Position numbers and translations under genes: made by a program. DNA of 63,987 nucleotides, the filler included, from Asterionella formosa (lineage: Eukaryota): NCBI GenBank assembly GCA_002256025.1. It is 5 parts of 5 records of this genome, joined end to end, with 100 filler letters (N's around TTAATTAATTAA, not from the genome) between each part and the next. Parts side by side here need not be neighbours in the genome. Positions count along the whole stretch, not along the records: positions 1 to 14,162 come from NKIB01006175.1; positions 14,263 to 28,422 come from NKIB01006179.1; 3 more parts are not named here. One strand, given 5' to 3'. Each line of letters opens with the position of its first letter. Position 1 is the first letter of the stretch. Below are positions 13,685-24,400 of this stretch, piece by piece. The notes below the pieces were generated by a model. The model saw nothing but the letters and a program-made list of their open reading frames with translations, made no database searches and was not told the origin of the DNA.

Positions 13685-14162
13685 TTACTCCAAAACGGAA
13701 CGGCCATTCTCGTCTAAAATCACCCCAGTCTTGTCCAAGAGTTTCTCCAGTTCAAATACATCTTCCGTTACTCGATTCACTTCGCCTCCCATTCCACGAG
13801 TTGCCATGTATTCTTCGATATTGCTATCGCCTTCAAATCCCCCAATGTAGTTGTGCCAGCCAAGATTGTCTGCAATCAAGTGTTTGGCCGTGCATCCTTT
13901 GCAACAGCAAATGACAACTCCGGTTCTGTATGCTAATAAGAGTTCATTCAAAAATGACAAGTGTAAGTAAATTTTCTTGCCATGCGTGTGTCCGCTCGTC
14001 GTTGACACGATCCTTGTATGGAACTTACCAATCCTTGAAACTCGGTGAAAATTTCTTGTTTCGCAAATCTTGCACGTGTACTGAAGTTCAAATTTTTCAG
14101 ACACGACATTCGCAACAGGTTGAGCCGTCGCAATAGATGGAATACTGCTTCCGAAGCTAGAG
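13685..14162 (-). CDS. DNL-type zinc finger protein (Zim17/Hep1-like Hsp70 escort); 5' end lost in gap; intron 13933-14028
   Basis: FELQYTCKIC...(intron)...AYRTGVVICCCKGCTAKHLIADNLGW; GTAAG...TAG intron restores RI|AYRTG; frame open up to the gap. Confidence 0.88.
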
Positions 14163-14262
14163 NNNNNNNNNNNNNNNNNNNNNNNNNNNNNNNNNNNNNN
14201 NNNNNNTTAATTAATTAANNNNNNNNNNNNNNNNNNNNNNNNNNNNNNNNNNNNNNNNNNNN
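14163..14262. other. Artificial scaffold linker (N44-TTAATTAATTAA-N44)
   Basis: Six-frame stop linker flanked by Ns, 100 nt in total, repeated identically elsewhere in the window. Confidence 0.95.
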
Positions 14263-14990
14263 TCGATCAAGATACTGCAGATATCTTAGAAGGGGTGGCT
14301 CTACAGTCGACAACAGGGAACGCAATAATTTTGAGAGATGATACGAATGACGACGGAACCGCAAGCTCATGGTCTGATGGCTACAAGGGTAACAATTCCT
14401 TGCCTCTTCACGCTGCCTCTTTGCCAGACAGATTGAGTGGCTCTGATTCTGCTGGTATCATTTCTCGTTCTGATAACACTTTTGTCGAAGCACAGCATTC
14501 AAATACCTCACACTACCACGAAAGGTCACCTAATGTCGGCCATGATGGTGTTACGTCCTCGTCGGAAGCTGAAGTGAACAGTAGGGTCGTTGACTCTATC
14601 AGCGGTAACAGCATGCGTGATGTTATGAGCGAGGGTCAATCTTGGGCGTTCGATCAAGATACTGCAGATATCTTAGAAGGGATTGCTCTACAGTCGACAA
14701 CAGGGAACGCCATAATGTTGGGAGATGATACGAATGACGACGGAACCGCAAGCTCATGGTCTGATGGCTACAAGGGCAGCAATTCTTTGCCTCTTAACGC
14801 TGCCTCGTCGACTGGCGAATTGTGTGGCTCTGATTCTGCTGGTATCATTTCTCGTTCTGATAACACTTTTGTCGATGCCCAGCATTCTGATAATTTATAC
14901 GACCATGATAGGTCGCGTGCTTTCAGCTATGATGGTGTTACGACCTCGTCGGTAGCTGAAGTTATCAGCGGGGTCGTTGACACTGTCACT
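14263..14990 (+). repeat. Coding tandem repeat, 387-nt period (units start at 14263 and 14650)
   Basis: tcgatcaagatactgcagatatcttagaaggg occurs at 14263 and 14650, followed by near-identical sequence for >200 nt. Confidence 0.9.
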
Positions 14991-17366
14991 GATTGTGGTA
15001 TGCATCATGTTATCAGTACCGACAATGACAAACATGTTGAGGATTTTTCGTTGGCATCTTATCATGATACTGATCTTTCACAAGGGGAGAACACGCAGGC
15101 TAGGCAAGGTATCACCTATGGAATGGTTGTTAGTAAAAAATGGGACGAAACCGAAAGCTCGTGGTTGGATGGTTACTTGGGAAACTGTCCTTTACCTATA
15201 AACTCTTCTGCCGCAGTTTCCATCTCCAGTAATTATGGCGCATCTGATTTATTGCCACCTATGGGAGTCAGTTCCGTTGATACCGAACAACCGGATATCG
15301 CTGCTGACAATGAATGTTCACACGCTGACAGGCCTTTCTCTGTAACGGCCTCCTCTGGATTTGAGGCAAACAGTACCTTTGTTGGCACTGTTAACATTCA
15401 CAGCATGCATAACGACATCAGTACCGAAAATGATGACTCATTTGAGGAGCATTCGTGGGGACTTGATCAAGATACGACAGACATTTCCCAAGCGGAAGAT
15501 GGGCAATCTACCAAAGAAAATGCCTTTGGAATGGTCGATGGTATGAATGAAGACGAAACCGAAAGCTCTTGGTCGGATGGCTACAGGGAAATACCACCCT
15601 TTCATTTTAGCCCAGGAATATCGACGGGTATAGGGAGCAACCCCCATTCTCCTGGTGACCTCATGCCATCGCTAGAAGACAGCTATTTCCTTACACATAC
15701 ACCGAGAATTGTCAATGGCCAGGATTTGATATTTTCCGGCGACTCTCATGCTGCCTCATCCTTGTTGCCAATTGATGATTGCTGTAAGGGTATTGACACT
15801 GTCACTGGTGGTGACACGCCGAACAATGCTAGTATAAGCAATATTAACTCGTTCGAGGAACGTTCTTGGGGATTTGACGAACATTCTGCAGTTGTTACAA
15901 TGGAGAAGGACGGGCAAGCTATACATTGTAACACCATTGCAACTGGCGACAACGAATCCGAGAGGTCTTGGTCGGATAGCTACGGGCGCAGCGATCGTTC
16001 ACGCACTGCGACAATTCAGTCCCACATTTCCTCAGGGGCTAGTCATGAGTACAGACAGGGTATTCATCATGACAAGAAACAGTCAGATATAACTGATGGC
16101 CTGTCTTCTCTACCATCTGTAATTCAAAAGAGCACGTTGGCGTGTGGTGAGGTAATCGCCAAAGGAACCCATACAGCCAGTCATGATTCTGTCAAGTCTC
16201 TTGATAGCTTCATTCAGGAGAGCGAAAATAATGCTAATATAGAGCCGACACTGATTCAAAGTATCAGCAACGAGTCGGCTTCTCGTGTCGACAATATATC
16301 GGTCCGCTCTGACCAGACAGAATCTTCGAACAAGGATTCGTTGCCAGAAAGTGATGGTTCTCGTTACGATCGTTCAGTCCACAGCGTGAGCTATCAAGAT
16401 GGCGATCTTTCTGTTGACTCCGCCGGTAAGACATTTTCGAGGAGTTCTACAGGTACAGGTGATCGATCAAGCCGCAGCGATAGTTATGGATCTGACGAGC
16501 ATTCAGTGGATGTCAACGGGGATCACCGACAGAGGAGGTCACTGGTCACTTCAGATAGATCTTATGTCAGCACGAGCAGCTCTCGATCCGACGACCGCGA
16601 CGGTTCGGTTGACACCAGCAGTGATATGAGTCAGGAAGACACCGACGAGCGCTCTCCTCATAGCGAAAGTGATCAATCTGACGACCGCTCCTTGGATTCT
16701 GGCGGTGCGCCCTTACCAAGGCGACAAGTTGGCCCAGATGATCGCTCCTATACCAGTAGTGGTAGCTATCGATCAAACGGCCATTCTGTGGATTCAAGTG
16801 ACCAGTCATATTCCAGTCGGCAAGAAGTTAGCGATGATTACTGCTCTTACATCCAAAGCTTTCATTCTCGCGATCACACTATGGCTTCCAATGGTTCACC
16901 AAGGAAGGTACAATCCGACTCTGAGAATCTTTCCTACGATAGTGCGAGCAATCCATCGGAAGCTCAGTCAGTAGATTCCAATGGGAATCCAGTGACACGG
17001 AGACGAGCAAGCACAAACGATGATTCATATATTAGTGGAAGCTATGTATCGGATGACCAATCTCCTGAGCCATTGGCACAGACGAGGATCACCACCCAAT
17101 CTGAGCGATCCTACGACAGTTGCAGCTATCAATCTGATACGCTTCCTGTTGTTGACATGCAGGATGAATCCTATCATTCCTATTTTAATAGTGACAGTCG
17201 GTACAGTGCGTCTGTCTCCCATCATTCTGTAGTAGATGAGGAATCTTCCAATCACCTTTTGGAAGGAGAATCTAAATCAACGACGAGGGAAGCTGATGGT
17301 ACAATTCTGAATTGTGTCATTTCACCAACTGTGGCCAATGACACCAGCAACTCAGGATGCAGGTAG
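14263..17366 (+). CDS. Large Ser/Asp-rich repeat protein, 5'-truncated at the gap; paralog of the C-terminal region of 18461-25897
   Basis: Uninterrupted >1000 aa ORF; ~129-aa repeats ending SSWSDGY; C-terminal DEHSVD/DDRSLDSGG.PLPRR repeats shared with the downstream gene. Confidence 0.75.
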
Positions 17367-18460
17367 AAAGGAGTAATTTAGGAATCACATTCTTTTTACT
17401 ACAATATGCTCGGATTACCGGTACCAGCACTCCCTATGTTCCGGTACATGTGGTTGCAACCAAACTTCATGGCTTGGCCGATCATGAAGCGCAAGCTCCG
17501 ATAATTCTCCGGACATATATACAGGTGTAAATGTTTTGAATCTAGTCAGAAATGATATATAATAATGCCCTCTATTTATATAACTCACATTATCGGTGAT
17601 GATGGTCATTTTGCTTGATTGCAGGTGTCGTCATGATTTTTTATAAAATGCGTATCGATTTTAATAACCCGGTATGAATATAATCATAATTAACATCCGA
17701 GAAATTGTCGGTACATTTTTGCATATCGCTGTGTCATCGTGTATCGTATGAATTGAAGAAGAGTATACTGTATGTTGAAAATGACTTCATTTTGAAAATG
17801 ACCATCAGATGAAATAATTTTCCCGATAAATTCCCAGGGTGCCATCAGCTACACCAACATCATCCTAAATCGATATGATGCCGGTGCTGTTTGCATGATT
17901 TCATACCGGATTCTTGCATGTAATGTACCATATATAGGTAGCATTGGACAAAATGTTTGTTTGCAGGCTTGCTTGTGGTAAGTAAATCTTTTATTTATTC
18001 AAGGTACCAGGTACCAGGTACCGGGTACCATGATTTCGCCGACGCTGAACACACCCCCTCTCATGACTGCAGCCATCATTGACAAACCATAATTGTCGGC
18101 ATTTCATCAAGCTTTATAAATTTGGATACATAAAAAATTAGGCGAATATAATACTACCGTGTGCTAGGCTATGTAATATATTTTAAATTTGAGGAATGCA
18201 TCTTACACATGCTATGCTGGGTATATAAGTATACATGATTGAATACAACTCGCCGAAAGGTCATTGTTCTAAATTAATATGGACAGTGCCACTCTGTTTT
18301 TTAAGATGCTGGTGGACATCGTACAATATATCTATATATGATATTTTGTCGTAGGAAGACTGATGATTGTCAGTGGTCCCAACAGTGAACGACCACACCC
18401 TATTCCACTGTTGGAGAAAGACATTGACTCTATATAGAGTAATACAGGAACCTATTATTA

Positions 18461-21400
18461 ATGGCACGAGAGACAATGATGATCGACGAGGGAGAATGGA
18501 CATTCCCTCGAGGCCGCAAGCGCCAGAGACCCTCATTGGACCAGCGCAACCATCAGCAGGCAACACAACGCCGCTTCCTGCGCCATCGTCGGCACAACGG
18601 GGGGAATACGCAGTTCGAAGCAACACCAGCACCATCAACAACAGCAGCAACAGCAACAGCAACAGCAACAACGCAATGGAACATTGACGGTGGAGAAAAC
18701 ACAGCAGTAGATCTGTTTCAAACGCAGGATACCTTTGATGAAGTTGCTTACTGCGATGGACTACTCGAAAGCGCAATAGAACCCACAAAGGTCGGCTACG
18801 GGTCCATGTTTGACATCAAATCCAGCTACAATGAGCTCTACATTCACGGATTTGACGTGGCGTCGACGGCGACCAAGGTGCGCTATCGGGTTTATTCAAA
18901 ACTCGGATCGTATCAATCGGATGTGCACGCACTACGCGACTGGACAATGGTCCACATGGGGTCCGTTCTCGTGGAGGACGGCGTCGCCCAGCTGCGATGG
19001 ACAGATCCTGTGGTGGTGTCGCCACGAGCGCTGCAATCCTTTTACATTTCGTTCAAAAAGTCCTCATTGGAGTACGGCCCCGTAACCATGTCCATGGGAA
19101 ACATCTATGCTGCCAATGAAAACTTGGAACTACGATTGGGAGCAGCTGTTGATTGGGCGGGACTGATTCAAGAAAGGGAAGTACTTTGGAAGGGAAGCAT
19201 TTACTACACAGCAGAAGGAAAGTGCCCAACAATGGCCAAAATCATCGATGCAACTGCTAGGATAGAGAAAACATGGGCCCCTACTGCATCCTCGGTACCA
19301 ACAACTACGACAAGACCATCCCAGAGTCCATCCTCATCAACAGCACCATCAGCATCGGCATTGCCCAGCCTTGGGCCATCCTTAAGTGCATCGCCATCTG
19401 ATTATCCATCAGTTTCATCATCTGATATACCTTCCATTCATCCATCATCGTCAAATGTGACAGTGTCCTCAATTACGACTCAACCAACAACAGCAACAGC
19501 TGTTCCATTCCTTGCTGCTACAAACCTTTCAAGTGCGCCTTCCTTGGGTTCGACATTGCAAATTCCGAAACTCACGAGCGCGTATCAACCGGCGACAGGT
19601 CAGCCCTTGGCGAACCTAGTGAGTAACAACACTTCAACGACAGGTGCCAACCTAAATTCCAGCAGAATTCCAACTCGGGCACCATCAGTTATAGGAAAGG
19701 GAGAACCAATTGGGGTTTATAACAAGAATGTATCACTATCATCTGGAACAACTACAAATATCAGCAGTGCATCAAACCTGTTGCAACCAACAGTCCGGCC
19801 ATCCACCAAAACACCAACTTTGAACATAGGACCAAAGGGACTGTCAGTCAAGGTGCCTACAATGGTCCTCCCGCTATCAAATGCAACTCTCTCTACAGAA
19901 CCAAGCTCGATTGCACAGACACCGATATTTACGATTCCAATAGTAAATGGGATGGCAGCTCCAGTGAGCTCAAGTTCTACACCAGGGTCAGGCGGATCAA
20001 CGACCACGACTATAACAACCCTCAACAACAAATTTGGAAATTCCGCAAGTGAACTTCCTACATTTGAACCCTCGTTAAGTGCGAATCCAACAATCACTTA
20101 TCAGCCATCTTCAAGCATATCAATGACAGTTGGTTCGGAATTGCCCAGCTCAGCAATCGTCCCGGAACCGTCCTCTCCAGTTGTTACACGGAAACCCTCA
20201 CGATCTCAGAATCCATCAAATACTCCTGTAAATATTCAAATTAAGGCTGTCACGTTCGGATCTGACGCCCCGTCCCAAACTCCAACACAGAAACGGCTCA
20301 TTACGATTAAACCATCACAGAATTCATCGGTAAAGCCTAGTTATCCAAATCATTCAAATTATCCTTCAACAGGGCCCAGTGAACAATTATTCCAAACATT
20401 CACAGCGACGCCTTCTGTCTCGGATGCTGCCCCCCCAGCAGTATCCATGATGTGGGTATTGCCTCTGCCAAGAAAACCAACCCGTTCCAAAACTATACCA
20501 ACATTTTCTCCAAAGGCAGCTAGTCTTTTGATTCCACTTCAGAAACAGGAAACGGTCTCCGTGGAGCCCACAACATCAATGGAGTTTTCTAATTCAACAA
20601 AAAAATCTATTCAGGCGAACAACACCATTTTGCAGCCTATCTCAATTGTTCAGCCAACACCAAATGAATTTGCCAAACCCTCCGCAACAACGCGTACTTC
20701 CCCAAAACCTAGCAAATTACCAACCAATATCCCAGCACCAGCAAAACCAATTGGCTCTGCATCAGGTGCACCAAGCAGTGGTTCGCACTCATCCATGCCA
20801 TCAAGTTTTGGCGACAATGTTACCCCCACTCGATTAGTGAAACCCTCTGTCACTCAACCTGGACTTAGCAATACCAATTCACCTTCCCCGTCCTCACGTG
20901 GCACTCCATCTGGCAGTAGAAGATCAGGTCAACCTTCACTGTCACCTTCTAAACGCAATGATTTGACCCTCCCTTTGACAACGTCGTCTGCTCCATCTGC
21001 AACGTCACTATTGGCTTCAACTCCTCAGGTATCCTCAAAACCTTCTGTCGCTGCTGTCTCAAACCAACCTTCTTATTTATCTCCGCTGCCGCTGCCTCTG
21101 CCTGTGATTCAACCCAGATCTCCAACAGCTTTGCTCTTACCAACCAGCAGTTACGCACCTACATCTGTTTTCCATTCTTTGATGCCATCCGCCATTCCGT
21201 CCGCGATTGCAAAGCTTCCTACAGAAATGGTGATATGTGCAATAGCACCAGCGTGTGAACAACCCAGCTCGTCACCAAATAGTACATCACTGGGAGAATC
21301 GTCAGTGACATCAAACTTGTCCATTGCGACTCCTTCGATATGTGATTTTCTACCCAAGGACTGTCCACCAGTCCCGGTTCCCTCGTCTATACCCTCCTCG

Positions 21401-24400
21401 TCACTGGTTCCAACATATACACCCAAGCCGACAATTGGCCTGTCTTCCAGTTTTGCGTCAACCTTGACCTCCTCGATACCGACAAGTGAAGCTGTTCTGT
21501 CGCTAAAGTCCATGATGCCCTCCGTTGAGCTGGTCTGTGCCCTAGTGCCATTGGCGTGTGAATCCACATTCCAGTCTGGCATTTCGTCGCCGTCGCCTAA
21601 TGAATTGACCATCCCTGCATTAGTCCAGTCATCGTCAGAAAAGCCTACTGCGAGACCGTTGCCCTCATACGTGCCCACGACGTCATGGACACCATCGACC
21701 ACTGCAATTCCAACTCTTTTGGATTCTTCTGACGTTCCAATTACGCTTGGAGCATCGTCTACGCCATCATTATCGGGGATGCCAAGTGATTTTTCGTCGT
21801 ACTCTATCCCACCAACAATTACTGTGTCACCATCTACCGCTCCCGATCAGTTTCCCATTATTACCTTGGTCCCATCAAAAGCATGGGAAATTGCCATTGA
21901 ACCGGCAATACCAGGAAATCCCTCCTCGACACTCCTTCCGACTCAAACACAAAGCAATACCGACTCTCCTTTGACACTTGACGAACGTTCTCGTCGCCCC
22001 TCTCCTTACCCTGCAAACTCGGCTGTAGACGGGAACAACATCAAGTCCCCCTCAAATGCACCGAGTCTAGTCGGTACTCCCATTGGCGAGATCCCTTCAA
22101 AGGTTACTTCACCGATCCATGAGTTGACACACGCACCAACGATCGTCTCGCGAAGCTGCCCTGAGTTCAACAGCTCGTTGAGTTGGGTCGATAGCGAGAT
22201 TCCCTTTAGTTATTCGGTCCAAACGACTGACGTTGCGTCAAACTTTATTGACGACTTTGAACCGTTTCTCTTCCAGCAGGTATCAAAGGCCATATTGACG
22301 TGTAATTCGACGCGACGACGAGCACAGCAGCGTTTCCTGGATGTAAATGTCAGACAGAAAGTGGTGAGACTGGCTTATGATCCAACTGCTTCAGAAATAA
22401 GTAAGTCTTTGTGTGTTCTTTCAACCAAGCCACTAGAAAATTTGCTGAACGTTCTATTTTGCTCATTTCATTCAGGTACCTGCGAAGTTACTGATCCCTC
22501 TGCACGAACATGTTGGGATGTCGCAAGTGTCCTTGTTGTAACTACAGATGCCGTATCCCAGAAACCAGCTCGAGAGGCCGTAATGTTCACATTGAGGCAA
22601 TTATTTAACAACACAAACTTTACTTCAAATGGCATTCCAACTGGGATAGTAGTCACTTTCGAGACAGTACCCACTCCGGCTCCTACTTCAAGCAAACCTG
22701 CGACAAGTCAACCATCGGGAGGAGGGAATGTTGTCCCACCGATGCTCCTGATTGGGTTCTATTTAGGAGGCGCAGTGTTTATGGTTGTTTTTGTCATTCT
22801 CATAATTGGTCGCAGGAAACGAAACGATAAACATAAATTTGATCCTACGAATGGTAAAAATTACATGATTTCGGGAAGTCAGCACAATATGCAACCCATG
22901 ACAAGTAAGGTCGCAATAGGCTGTGATTGGGGCAGTGAAACGAGTTCGCTTTTAAGGGACTCAAGCTACAACCGAGACGAAATTGAAGTTGAAGTTTCTC
23001 AGAACATGGCAGCACCCATGTTCCTCCATATGGAAGATCTTGCTACTAACGATGTTTACTCAATGGGATCTGCACAGTTCAAGGAATCCGAACATAATTA
23101 TCGAGTTTCATCAATTGATGACAAGGCCTTGTTGCAGCAGACAATTGACGGCCCATCCGGCCACATTGCGGTCAGGTCATTTGAATCAGTGGAATCGGAC
23201 ATCTCAGATCAATCTCGAGACTTTAACTCGTCCTTTGAAATAGAAAGCGATTGTAACTCACTATCAAGATCCGACGACGACCGTGCCAGTTCGAAAGTGT
23301 GCCGAGTTAATGGCGAAGGAGGTAAATCCGCGATTGGAAGCAAAGCCGGTGATCCTATTGATCAAGACACTGAGGACACAAATTTTGGGATCGAAGCCAC
23401 GGCTGATCATGTGGGTCAAAAACATGTGAATAATAGGCTAGGCAGTGTTGATGACGAAGAACTCGTCACGAACCATCACATTGTCGGCGATTTGGAGCGA
23501 ACTTTCGTGGACGATGAACTGGATGATCAATCGCTGCGTAGACTCTCAGGCATCAATGCACTTAGTAAAGATCAGGAAAAAGGCGGTAGTTGGAGTCACG
23601 ACGAGTTGGAGAGGAGGTTCGTCGATCAACAGAATTCCCGGGAAAGTGTTGGTAGCAATTCGGAAGTAAAATTGTTCGACGACGTTGTCAGCGACCCTGT
23701 CGGTAAGGACGTTCTAGAAAGAAGAGAATTCGAACAATTCACCACCAGCAAGAATGACGATGATGAAATTTTGAGCGTCAGGAGCAATGTTGATGGTGAT
23801 GGATCTTCTGCACAAAACATGGCCTGTGACGCTAATACTTCACTTGAAGTCGAAAGAATATTGCATTGCGACAAAGGTACTACGGGTGAGTTTAACGACA
23901 GCAACCAAAGGGAAGACCATGGTTCGCATTCATGTCATAGCATTCTCTCTGGAATAGCAACCGTTGAAGGTGAAGTTGGACAGCCACCAAGCAAAAGTGC
24001 TGATGAGAAATTGACAAGTAGAATAACCAAAAAACCTTATTTCGTTAATGAGGAGAAGGATGTTGATTCTGACGAAGGGAACTCATTCGAGGACAAAAGG
24101 GGGAGCAGTCACCGTAGATTGGAACAAGGGAACAAAAGGGATCAATTATCATGCTACAACTATACCTCTTCATCGTTGACAGGTATAGAAAGGGAATCTC
24201 ATATAGCTGTTTCTGTTGGGTCGTCAATGGACAGCGTTTCTCGCGTCAATGAAGCTACGCCGATATCTGTCGAGGAAAAGGCCACAGCAGGAGGAAAGGA
24301 CCTAACGCTTCCAACGGTGCCTGGTTACATATCCGCAGAGATTGGTTTTGAAAGTAACGACAAACTTCAATTGGACAACGATGAATCATGCATTAATTCG

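Noticed and set aside
14207..14218. Perfect palindrome TTAATTAATTAA repeated at four sites
   Set aside because: Always embedded in a fixed 100-nt N block; an assembly linker, not biology
19717..21702. Long antisense ORFs within large genes
   Set aside because: Shadow ORFs from low-complexity or codon-biased sense strands
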